This document shows, in pieces, positions 8,123 through 16,383 of a stretch of 64,000 nucleotides of DNA. Numbering within the stretch: position 1 is the first letter of the stretch; every line of letters starts with the position of its first letter. The notes beneath the pieces were generated by a model. The model did not search any database. It was not told the origin of the DNA and was given only the letters and a program-made list of their open reading frames with translations. Position numbers and translations under genes: made by a program. Source of the DNA: an uncultured Verrucomicrobiae bacterium (GTDB taxonomy: Bacteria > Verrucomicrobiota > Verrucomicrobiia > Palsa-1439); contig CAWEWF010000001.1 in NCBI GenBank assembly GCA_963812605.1, positions 416,001-480,000 of the forward strand, given 5' to 3'.

Positions 8123-10798
8123 ATGACCGAGCCCCAGCGGCCAAACCCCGACGCGTTGCTCGCGGAAATCCAACGCGAGGAACAGTCGGCGAAACGCGGG
8201 CATCTGAAGATCTTCTTCGGCATGTCTCCCGGCGTGGGCAAGACGTATGCGATGCTGGAGGCGGCGCGCGTCCAGAAGGCGGAGGGTGTGGACGTCGTGA
8301 TCGGGATCGTCGAGACACACGGGCGCGTGGAAACGGAAGCGTTGCTGGCGGGGTTGCCGGTCATTCCCCGCAAGAAGATCGAATACCGCGGCGTCACCTT
8401 GCAGGAGATGGACATCGACGCCATTCTCGCGCGGCGACCGGCGCTCGTGCTCGTGGACGAACTGGCCCACACCAACGCGCCGGGCAGCCGCCATCCCAAA
8501 CGCTACCAGGACGCCCTCGAATTGATCGACGCCGGCATCAACGTCTTCGCCACGCTGAATGTCCAGCATTTGGAAAGCCGGCTGGACGTGGTGCAGCAAA
8601 TCTCGGGCGTGGTGGTTCGCGAAGCCGTGCCGGATTCGGTGCTCGACCAGGCCGATGAGATCGAACTCATCGACGTCACGCCCGACCAATTGCGCAAGCG
8701 GCTGGCCGAGGGCAAGGTGTACCTGGGTGAGCGGGCGGCGACGGCGTCGGAGAATTTTTTCCGCGAAGAAACCCTGACCGCGTTGCGTGAGATGGCCTTG
8801 CGCACGACGGCCGAACACGTGGACCAGGAATTGCGCGATGTGATGCGCACGAAGCGCATTGGCGCGCCGTGGAAGTCCGGGCAGCGACTGGGCGTGGGCG
8901 TCGGGCCGAGCCCGTTTTCCGGTCAATTGATCCGCTGGACGCGGCGAATTGCAGCGGCGATGGACGCCCCGTGGGTGGCGGTTTACGTGGAGACTTCGGC
9001 GGCGCTGAACGAGGACGAGAAGCAGCGGCTGACCAAGAATCTTTCGCTGGCCCGGCAGTTGGGCGCGGAAGTGGTGATGACGACCGGCGACGATGTGGCC
9101 AGCGCCCTGCTGGAAACGGCGCGCCAGCAGGGTGTGACGGAGATCGTGGTCGGCAAGCCTTTCGGCAACCGATTGCTCGAATCGCTGCGGGGCGGTTCGT
9201 TGGCGAGCCGGTTGATCCGCCGGGGCGGCGACATCGACGTGCACGTGGTGAGCGGAGCCACGCGCACCGGCGTGCGCGCGCGCCGTCCCTGGACACAGCA
9301 CGTGGGGACGAATCTTTTGCGCGATTGCGCCGTGGGAGTGGGCGCGGTGGCGGCGACGACCGTGGTGGGTTGGTTGTTGCAGGCCGTGACGGGATACATG
9401 GCCATCTCGCTGGTGTATCTCTTGAGCGTGGTGTTGCTGGCGATGGTGTTGAATCGGTGGGCCGTGCTGTTGGTGGCCACGTTGAGCGCGCTGGCGTGGA
9501 ATTATCTTTTCATTCCCCCGCTGTACACGTTTCGGATCACCTCGGCGCATGATTTGATGATGTTTTCGATGTTCTTCGTGGTGGCGCTGGCGATGGGGCA
9601 CATCACGCACCAGTTGCGCACGCGCGAGACGGCGGAACGCCGGCGCGAGCGGCGGGCCTCGGCGTTGAATCGGTTGCTGGAAAGCGTGACCGCGAGCGCT
9701 TCGCTGGAGGACGGGCTGGCGCGCGCGGTGAAGGAGGTGGACGCGCTGTTTCGGTCGCGGACGGTGATTTTATTGACGACGGCGGAAGGGCGTCTTGAAG
9801 AAGCGCCACATGCGGCGAGCACGTTTTCCGTCACCGCCAAGGAGCGCGCGGTGGCGGCCTGGGCGATCGAACACGGACAGGCGGCGGGACGGTTTACCGA
9901 CACGCTGCCGGACGCACAGGGATTGTACTTGCCGCTGCAGACATCGAAGAGCAAGCTCGGCGTGATGGGGGTGTATTTTGAGGAGCGCGACACCTGGACG
10001 CTCGACGAAAACGATTTGCTGGAGACGTTCGCAGGCCAGATCGCGGTGATGATCGAAAGTTATCGCTCGATTGAGACCGCCCAGCAGGCGCGCGTGGCCG
10101 AGGAATCGGAGCGGCTCCACCGGACGCTGCTGGATTCCGTTTCGCATGAGTTGAAAACTCCGCTGGCGGTGATCAGTGCGGCGACGGACGGGCTGGACAC
10201 GGTCGTGAAAGACGCCGGGTTGCCGCTAACGGAGACGTTTTTGGATGAGATCAAGGCGGCGAACCGGCGCTTGAACCGCATCGTGACCAACCTGCTCGAC
10301 ATGACGCGCATCGATTCGGGACGGCTGCCGTTGAACCTCGAGTGGGGGGAAGGTCGCGAGTTGCTGGAGTCAGCCGTGAGCCAGGTTGAAAACGAGGTTT
10401 CCCGGGAACGCGTGCATATCACGGTGCCGGAAGACCTGCCGCTGGTGCGGCTGGATTTTGGCCTGATGGAGCAGGCGTTGTGCAACCTGCTCGTCAACGC
10501 CGCGGAGCACAGTCCCGCTTCGGCGTCGATTGAAATGTCGGCGCAACTCGATGGCGGCACGCTGCTGTTGCGCATCCGCGACCATGGCCCGGGGCTGGCT
10601 CCCGGCGAGGAAAAGAAAGTGTTCGAAAAATTCTTTCGGGGCAGCGGTTCGCGGCCCGGCGGCACGGGACTGGGCTTGTCCATCGTGCAAGGGATCGCGC
10701 GCGCCCATCACGGCGAGATCGACGCCGAGAACAATCCCGAGGGTGGCGCGGCCTTCACGATTCGCGTGCCCGTGGAAACGACGGTAAGGCCGGTATGA
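8123..10798 (+). CDS. kdpD: K+-sensing histidine kinase
   Basis: GHLKIFFGMSPGVGKTYAML, LVDELAHTN, USP domain, TM region, GAF, H-box SVSHELKTPL, GTGLGL. Confidence 0.97.
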   Translation: MTEPQRPNPDALLAEIQREEQSAKRGHLKIFFGMSPGVGKTYAMLEAARVQKAEGVDVVIGIVETHGRVETEALLAGLPVIPRKKIEYRGVTLQEMDIDAILARRPALVLVDELAHTNAPGSRHPKRYQDALELIDAGINVFATLNVQHLESRLDVVQQISGVVVREAVPDSVLDQADEIELIDVTPDQLRKRLAEGKVYLGERAATASENFFREETLTALREMALRTTAEHVDQELRDVMRTKRIGAPWKSGQRLGVGVGPSPFSGQLIRWTRRIAAAMDAPWVAVYVETSAALNEDEKQRLTKNLSLARQLGAEVVMTTGDDVASALLETARQQGVTEIVVGKPFGNRLLESLRGGSLASRLIRRGGDIDVHVVSGATRTGVRARRPWTQHVGTNLLRDCAVGVGAVAATTVVGWLLQAVTGYMAISLVYLLSVVLLAMVLNRWAVLLVATLSALAWNYLFIPPLYTFRITSAHDLMMFSMFFVVALAMGHITHQLRTRETAERRRERRASALNRLLESVTASASLEDGLARAVKEVDALFRSRTVILLTTAEGRLEEAPHAASTFSVTAKERAVAAWAIEHGQAAGRFTDTLPDAQGLYLPLQTSKSKLGVMGVYFEERDTWTLDENDLLETFAGQIAVMIESYRSIETAQQARVAEESERLHRTLLDSVSHELKTPLAVISAATDGLDTVVKDAGLPLTETFLDEIKAANRRLNRIVTNLLDMTRIDSGRLPLNLEWGEGRELLESAVSQVENEVSRERVHITVPEDLPLVRLDFGLMEQALCNLLVNAAEHSPASASIEMSAQLDGGTLLLRIRDHGPGLAPGEEKKVFEKFFRGSGSRPGGTGLGLSIVQGIARAHHGEIDAENNPEGGAAFTIRVPVETTVRPV

Positions 10799-11481
10799 GC
10801 GCGGAGCACACGGTACTGGTCATCGATGATGAACCGCCGATTCGCCGGCTGCTGCGGCTGACGCTGGAGCCGCATGGTTATCGCGTGTTCGAGGCCGACA
10901 GCGGGCAACTGGGTTTGCAAGAGGCGGCGGCGCGACGTCCCGATGTGATCGTTCTTGATTTGGGATTGCCCGACATGGAAGGCCTCGCGGTCTTGAAGCG
11001 ATTGCGGGAATGGAGCCAGACGCCGGTGCTGGTGTTGTCCGTGCGCGACCGCGAGGCGGACAAGGTGGCGGCGCTGGACAACGGCGCGGACGATTACCTG
11101 ACGAAACCGTTTGGCACGGAGGAACTGCTGGCGCGGATGCGGGCCGTGCAGCGTCGCGCGCCCGAGGCGCAGGAAGAGCCGGTGTTTGTGAGCGGCGACC
11201 TGAGCGTTGACCTGGCGGGGCGGATGGTGACCGTGAAGAAGAAGGAAGTGCACCTGACGGCGACGGAGTATGCGCTCTTGCGCGAGCTGGTCCGCCACGC
11301 GGGAAAGGTCGTCATGCACGCGCAACTCCTGCGCGCCGTATGGGGCCCGAACTCCGAGAACCAGTCGCAATACCTGCGCGTGTACATCACGCATCTGCGC
11401 AAGAAGCTGGAAACCCCGACGAGTGGGAAGTTGATCCAAACCGAGCCGGGGATCGGGTATCGGTTGCTGGCGAGTGAGTAA
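10795..11481 (+). CDS. kdpE: OmpR-family response regulator
   Basis: VLVIDDE, LDLGLPD, GADDYLTKPF, YLRVYITHLRKKLE, TEPGIGYR; ATGA overlap with kdpD. Confidence 0.95.
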   Translation: MSAEHTVLVIDDEPPIRRLLRLTLEPHGYRVFEADSGQLGLQEAAARRPDVIVLDLGLPDMEGLAVLKRLREWSQTPVLVLSVRDREADKVAALDNGADDYLTKPFGTEELLARMRAVQRRAPEAQEEPVFVSGDLSVDLAGRMVTVKKKEVHLTATEYALLRELVRHAGKVVMHAQLLRAVWGPNSENQSQYLRVYITHLRKKLETPTSGKLIQTEPGIGYRLLASE

Positions 11482-11517
11482 CGAGCTTGGTATTCCACGC
11501 GCGCCTGTGAATGAGGG

Positions 11518-11545
11518 TTGACAATAGTAACATAAATGTTACTAT
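11518..11545 (+). promoter_or_regulatory. TA promoter with operator palindrome
   Basis: TTGACA at 11518 followed by the perfect palindrome ATAGTAACAT-AA-ATGTTACTAT, directly before the toxin ATG. Confidence 0.75.
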
Positions 11546-11851
11546 ATGGCCGAGACTTTTCAAATTCGTGAATACACCGAGGCTGGACGGTCGCCATTCG
11601 CGAAATGGTTTGGCGATCTGGACGCCGTGACGGCGGCGCGAGTGGATCGCTACCTCCGGCGGCTGGAGGCGGGCAACTTCGGCGCAGCCAAGCCGCTGCG
11701 TGATGGCGTGTTTGAGTTGCGACTGGATTTCGGTCCGGGCTACCGTGTGTATTACGGGCGTGACGGCAAGACTGTCGTCGTTTTGTTGGGCGGCGGGAGC
11801 AAGCGGCGACAGGACGCCGACATTGCGGCCGCTGTGGAACGATGGAAGTGA
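11546..11851 (+). CDS. RelE/HigB-type addiction module toxin
   Basis: GRSPFAKWF, RRLEAGNFG, GVFELRLDFGPGYRVYY, LLGGGSKRRQDADI. Confidence 0.9.
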   Translation: MAETFQIREYTEAGRSPFAKWFGDLDAVTAARVDRYLRRLEAGNFGAAKPLRDGVFELRLDFGPGYRVYYGRDGKTVVVLLGGGSKRRQDADIAAAVERWK

Positions 11852-11873
11852 TACAAACAGGCAAAAGCAAAAA

Positions 11874-12197
11874 ATGGCACTCACACGAGACTATAAAGAA
11901 ACGGTCGTGGCGCGGATCAAACGCGACCGGAAATTTGCGCGGGCACTTTATGCCGAGGCGATAAACGCGTTCCTGGCGGGCGAAACCGCTGAGGGGCTTT
12001 CCATGCTGCGGGATTTGGTCCACGCTGAAATCACCTTCAAGGAACTGGCGCGACAGACCGGCTTGGGCGAAAAGACACTGCACCGGATGCTCAACCGTCG
12101 GGGGAACCCCACCGCGCGCAATTTGGGCGTGATCGTCAAGAGCATCGCGGAAGATCTGGGCATCAAACCGCGTGTGGAATGGGCCGTGGGGCGTTGA
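11874..12197 (+). CDS. Addiction module antidote (HTH antitoxin)
   Basis: MALTRDYKETV...FKELARQTGLGEKTLHRML...GNPTARNL; toxin-first gene order. Confidence 0.85.
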   Translation: MALTRDYKETVVARIKRDRKFARALYAEAINAFLAGETAEGLSMLRDLVHAEITFKELARQTGLGEKTLHRMLNRRGNPTARNLGVIVKSIAEDLGIKPRVEWAVGR

Positions 12198-12287
12198 GGG
12201 CGCAACTGCTCAACTATTAAGATGAAGGGGGGAAATATCTTCTCTGCATACGACCCACGGAGCAGATTACAGGGTGATTTGGACGGC

Positions 12288-12310
12288 GGCAAGCGGGACG
12301 CTCGCCCTAC
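12288..12310. repeat. REP-like palindromic repeat (GACG-loop type)
   Basis: GGCAAGCGGGACGCTCGCCCTAC; related copies at 18266-18282, 18304-18320 and 34559-34580. Confidence 0.55.
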
Positions 12311-12442
12311 AAGCAACTTGGAAACATGTAGCAGACGGAGCAGACGCAGGCCGAAGCCTGCGGCCACAGGATGATGTGGATAGTTGGGCCGGTTATCGAA
12401 TGGCCTATCCCTGTGCAGGTCGTCGCTCCGCGCCGCTCCGGG

Positions 12443-12880
12443 CTACTTGGTTTCCAGATTCCAGTATTCTTTGTAGAGATGATGACCGGCCCATTCCAGG
12501 CCTTTGGGATGCTCCATCAACTCTCGCGCGGCGTCCGGGTGCTTTCGGGTCCACACGATGAACTCCTGCGCCGCCGGCTCATGATCTTTCATGATTTCAT
12601 CCAGCCGCGCCTCGCCGGAATGCGCGCGGATGTAAACATCGACCCTGGTGTCGGGATGTTCAATCGACCAAATCACAAACTCGCGTGAACGGTCCGGATG
12701 GTGACCATCCCATTCGAAGAATTTGGCGGCGGCTTCCGGATGGGCTTTGACCCACAGGCCAAGCGCCTTGGAAGCATCGGGATGGTTTTCCGCCCATTTC
12801 TCTAGGGCCGGCGGACCGGCGAGGGCCAGGCGGGCGATGCCGAGCACGGCCAGGAACGCAAAAAAGACAGATTTCTTCAT
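12443..12880 (-). CDS. Secreted protein with repeated WxxxHP motifs
   Basis: Signal peptide MKKSVFFAFLAVLGIARLALA; GGAGG RBS; repeated WAENHPDA, WVKAHPEA, WDGHHPDR, WSIEHPDT, WTRKHPDA. Confidence 0.75.
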   Translation of the reverse strand: MKKSVFFAFLAVLGIARLALAGPPALEKWAENHPDASKALGLWVKAHPEAAAKFFEWDGHHPDRSREFVIWSIEHPDTRVDVYIRAHSGEARLDEIMKDHEPAAQEFIVWTRKHPDAARELMEHPKGLEWAGHHLYKEYWNLETK

Positions 12881-13237
12881 AAGATGACCTCCGTTTGGTT
12901 GCGTGAATTGATACTGCACTGGTGGAGATTTGTAAAGCTTCCGTAAGCGCAGGCGAACCGACACCTTTGCCAGAGGGGTCGCAATCCTGGGTGTGCATCA
13001 CGCACCTGCGCCGGCTGGCCTTCTTCTCAGGGAACGAGGCTCGATTTCAACGCCTGTTTTCCAACTTGGTTTTGCGGGGTCGTTAGACACGAGGGAGCGG
13101 GCCGCTGGGTCAACAGATTATTGGGTAATAGGCTTGACAGGGCATTGGCGTTTTACCTATCCTAGGGCTCTGGGTTCGGTTGTCTGCTGAGGTTTGCCGA
13201 GTTGTGCAATCCGTCTCCAATCCCGGGCGAAGTTGAC

Positions 13238-15112
13238 ATGCATCAATCGATACCTAATTACCCAAGATCAAACGGGCCGAGGCAATTTTGGTTTCCCTGG
13301 CGCGAGTACGCGCTCGCCCTGTGGGAACAGAGAACGGTCGCCCTCGTCACGTTCGCGCTGGTCGTGACCGGGACGATGATCTGGACGTTCGCGCGGACGC
13401 CCATTTATCGCGCCACGGCAGTCCTCGAGGTGGACAAGGAGGACCCAAAGCTTCCGAGCATTCAGAATGCGGCCAGCGCCGACATGTTCGATGATCAGTA
13501 TTTCAACACCCAGCAACAGATCCTGCAGAGCCGCACGCTTTGTGAACAAGTAATCGATTCACTCTCGTCGGATCAACGCCAACTGATCTTACCGGGTGCG
13601 GGTGCGGACGCGGATTTTGCCGGGGCGTTGCAGGATCGTCTGAGTGTCGATCCGGTGCGAAACAGCCGATTGATTGAGATCCACGTCGATCATTCGAATC
13701 CCCAGGTAGCGGCGCTGTTGGCCAATGCGGTCGCCCAGGAGTTCATTAAGAAACATTCGGAGAAACGGATGTCTCCTTCAACGGAGGCGGTCCGCTGGCT
13801 GCAACAACAAGCCGAAGGATACCAGGAGCAAGTGAAGCAGGGCCATCTGCCGGGCAACTTTGGGCCGGCCCATCCTCAGCAGTCCGGGACAGAAGGTGAC
13901 ACCAATGACTTGAAAACGAAGTTGGATTCCGTCACAAATCCCGCCCTGCTTCCCGCCATTGCCAACAATCCTGAAGTGGCCACATTGCGGCAGCGGTTGA
14001 AGGAAGAGCAGATTCGGATGGCGGTGTTGCGGGAGCGATACAAACCGCAGCATCCGGCCATGATGGCCCTGCAGACGGAATTGAACGAAACTGAAGAGAA
14101 ACTCGCCACCGCCTGCAATGAAGGGCTGGAAGGCATCAAGGCCACCTTCTTGCTGGCTTCGAGATTGGAAAGCAGCAACATCCAATTGGTAGACCCCGTG
14201 CGGCCGCCGCCGAAACCATACAAACCGAACAAAAAGCGCAACGTGATAATAAGCGTCTTTCTCGGGCTCCTCAGTGGCATCGGACTGAGTTTGCTGGCGC
14301 ATTCGGCGGATGATCGTATCAGGACCTATGAAGACGTGGATGCGCTGGGGTTGCCCTTGTTGAGCGGCGTGCCGCACATGAAACACAAGAACGGTCGCCA
14401 TGCCACGCCCGTGGTTCAGGCGGACCCCCACTCCATCGGCGCGGAGGCGTTTCGCAATCTGCGGGCCAGCCTGAACCTGCAGCCGCGCGCGCGCACAGCC
14501 ACAACACTATTATTGACCAGCACGGCGCCTGGCGAAGGCAAATCCCTGGTCGCCGCCAACCTCAGCGTCGCCTTTGCCTCCAACAATGAACGGACGTTGT
14601 TGATTGACGCCGACATGCACCATCCGGTCCAGCACCGGCTATTCAACACGCGCTTCGAGAAAGGCCTGTCCGTGTTTTTGGAGGACTCGACTCCACTGCA
14701 AGAGATTGTTCACAAGACCGCTATTGCCAATCTGGACGTCATCACCGTCGGTGACATCCCGAACAATCCAGCCGAACTGCTCGGCTCCTCACGTCTGCTG
14801 AGGCTTTTGCAGGAAGCCCGCGAACAATACCAGCGCATCGTCATCGACAGTCCTCCGGTGACAGGCGTCAGCGACCCCCTTGTCCTGTTGCCACACGTTC
14901 AAGGTGTCATCTTCGTTGTCGGATTCGGCAAGATTCGCCGGGAAATTGTCACCCGCACCATGCAGAGGCTGCGCGAATGCGAAGCGCCCCTGCTGGGCAT
15001 TGTTCTCAACAACATCGATTTGCAGAGCCACGCGCAGTACTACTACCCCTACCGTTACTCGTATTACTACCAGCGAAAGAAGCCAGATATCGCCGGGGCG
15101 TTACAGGAGTAA
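13238..15112 (+). CDS. Wzc/GumC-like polysaccharide co-polymerase / tyrosine autokinase
   Basis: Wzz-type N-terminus (TPIYRATAVL), two TMs, AEAFRNLR, Walker A APGEGKS, LLIDADM, IVIDSPP, C-terminal Tyr cluster YYYPYRYSYYY; upstream TTGACA-18-TATCCT. Confidence 0.92.
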   Translation: MHQSIPNYPRSNGPRQFWFPWREYALALWEQRTVALVTFALVVTGTMIWTFARTPIYRATAVLEVDKEDPKLPSIQNAASADMFDDQYFNTQQQILQSRTLCEQVIDSLSSDQRQLILPGAGADADFAGALQDRLSVDPVRNSRLIEIHVDHSNPQVAALLANAVAQEFIKKHSEKRMSPSTEAVRWLQQQAEGYQEQVKQGHLPGNFGPAHPQQSGTEGDTNDLKTKLDSVTNPALLPAIANNPEVATLRQRLKEEQIRMAVLRERYKPQHPAMMALQTELNETEEKLATACNEGLEGIKATFLLASRLESSNIQLVDPVRPPPKPYKPNKKRNVIISVFLGLLSGIGLSLLAHSADDRIRTYEDVDALGLPLLSGVPHMKHKNGRHATPVVQADPHSIGAEAFRNLRASLNLQPRARTATTLLLTSTAPGEGKSLVAANLSVAFASNNERTLLIDADMHHPVQHRLFNTRFEKGLSVFLEDSTPLQEIVHKTAIANLDVITVGDIPNNPAELLGSSRLLRLLQEAREQYQRIVIDSPPVTGVSDPLVLLPHVQGVIFVVGFGKIRREIVTRTMQRLRECEAPLLGIVLNNIDLQSHAQYYYPYRYSYYYQRKKPDIAGALQE

Positions 15113-15125
15113 TCTTCCAAAGGCC

Positions 15126-15230
15126 GAGCGTCGCAGACAAGGTGCTGCGGCAGAAACGGGCACGTCTCGAAGTGAATCTGTCCAGAGTACAGAGTTGACC
15201 CCAATGCCCCCCAATGCCCCCAATGCCCCA
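15126..15230 (+). mobile_element. 3'-end remnant of the HUH/Y1 transposase element, with stuttered terminal repeat
   Basis: Encodes ...VLRQKRARLEVNLSRVQS*, like the transposase C-terminus ...[18 protein letters not shown]; 15179-15208 is identical to the reverse complement of 36062-36091; CCAATGCCCC about three times in tandem. Confidence 0.85.
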
Positions 15231-15318
15231 CTTGCTTTAGGTGAAACTGTGCTTTGGGTCGAGTGCGATCTGTGCGGTCGTGCGTTCGGTGGGCCAGGTG
15301 TGAAGAAGGCGGTTACTG

Positions 15319-15354
15319 TTTGTGCTTTCCTAGCGGTCGAATGAGGGGTCTAAT
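15319..15354 (+). repeat. Cassette upstream block, copy 1 (promoter-like)
   Basis: TTTGTGCTTTCCT-N17-TCTAAT; 29/36 identical to 15961-15996. Confidence 0.7.
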
Positions 15355-15395
15355 TGGTTTCGTAAACTTGGCCGTTTTGAAGGGGAAAGACATAA

Positions 15396-15893
15396 ATGCG
15401 TAGTCTGCTTGTATTCATTGTGTTTCTCACGGGATGCGCTCACCAATCGCAAAGTGGCATCATGCACGTGATTGCTGCTAATTGCCGTTCTCCGCGTATT
15501 GAGCGCTGCCTCTCTTATTGGGCAACGTATGATGCAGAGAATTATTCGCTACATGCCACAAATCACTTTTACGTCGGCGCAACGGAGATTCGACGTGGTG
15601 AGCTGATATCAGCTCTGGTTTATTGGAAGGAGGAAAGGACGATCCTATTCTACGAAGGGCTTGCAGATTGGATGCCATTGGAGGGATCAGAGGCATTAGC
15701 CTGGCGGGGTGGCGGATTGAAACTTGGTAGAGACGCAGTTGATACAGTCGAGGACATTGGCGGAAGCTCGTATTTGGAGCCCCATCGTCGATGGGTGGAT
15801 TGGATGGAACAGTGCATTTCCAAGGGCAAGCTGTATGTGATTACTTTGGCCGAAGCAACAAAGCTGTGCCCGAATACGTCAACGAAGCCTTAG
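15396..15893 (+). CDS. Hypothetical lipoprotein
   Basis: MRSLLVFIVFLTGC lipobox-like signal; visibly lower GC than the flanks. Confidence 0.7.
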   Translation: MRSLLVFIVFLTGCAHQSQSGIMHVIAANCRSPRIERCLSYWATYDAENYSLHATNHFYVGATEIRRGELISALVYWKEERTILFYEGLADWMPLEGSEALAWRGGGLKLGRDAVDTVEDIGGSSYLEPHRRWVDWMEQCISKGKLYVITLAEATKLCPNTSTKP

Positions 15894-15928
15894 ACAGGGC
15901 GCGCCCCTCTCGGAAGTTCAAATCGCAG

Positions 15929-15954
15929 GGTTCGCAAATCGTCCAGAGCGGGGA
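15929..15954 (+). repeat. Cassette downstream block, copy 1
   Basis: GGTTCGCAAATCGTCCAGAGCGGGGA; 24/26 identical to 16353-16378. Confidence 0.75.
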
Positions 15955-15960
15955 CGCCTT

Positions 15961-15996
15961 TTTGTGCTTTCCTCGCAATTCAATCAGGGGTGTAAT
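15961..15996 (+). repeat. Cassette upstream block, copy 2 (promoter-like)
   Basis: TTTGTGCTTTCCT-N17-TGTAAT. Confidence 0.7.
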
Positions 15997-16025
15997 GAGA
16001 TGGTCGTCTTGTGGACGTAAGGGAG

Positions 16026-16331
16026 ATGAAGGCTAGCACATATACTTTTGCCACAGTACCGCTTATTCTGTTTGCGACTGGAGTGTTCTTTGCTGTGCAT
16101 AAAACCACGGCGCGGCCAGGGATTGGATTTCCCGAAATGTGCATGCTGATCGCAGTCGCATTTAGTGGCTGCGGAATTCTCGTTGGTATCAGGTGTATTA
16201 CGCAAGCGCGTCAGAAACAGGAAGGGGGAGTCTTCGGACTGATTGCAGCGACCTGTCTAGCTGCCTTTCCTCTCCTAATTATGATTGCGTCACTCTGCAT
16301 CGTGGCGGTGAGGGGATTCCTAATGCCTTAG
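16026..16331 (+). CDS. Hypothetical 3-TM membrane protein
   Basis: GGGAG just before ATG 16026 (alternative GTG 16011); three hydrophobic segments; lower GC. Confidence 0.6.
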   Translation: MKASTYTFATVPLILFATGVFFAVHKTTARPGIGFPEMCMLIAVAFSGCGILVGIRCITQARQKQEGGVFGLIAATCLAAFPLLIMIASLCIVAVRGFLMP

Positions 16332-16352
16332 GTTTAGAACCTGAAGTCTAAA

Positions 16353-16378
16353 GGTTCGCAAATCGTTCAAAGCGGGGA
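16353..16378 (+). repeat. Cassette downstream block, copy 2
   Basis: GGTTCGCAAATCGTTCAAAGCGGGGA. Confidence 0.75.
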
Positions 16379-16383
16379 GCGAA

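Noticed and set aside
4425-9610. Long minus-strand ORFs (665 aa and 539 aa)
   Set aside because: Shadows of kdpB/kdpC/USP and kdpD.
15201-15230. Short tandem repeats (also 37080-37160) as a CRISPR array
   Set aside because: Units are 5-11 nt with no spacers and no cas genes; they derive from the element end.
15885-16380. Integron attC sites
   Set aside because: No RYYYAAC...GTTRRRY boxes with a long imperfect palindrome, and no IntI in the window.
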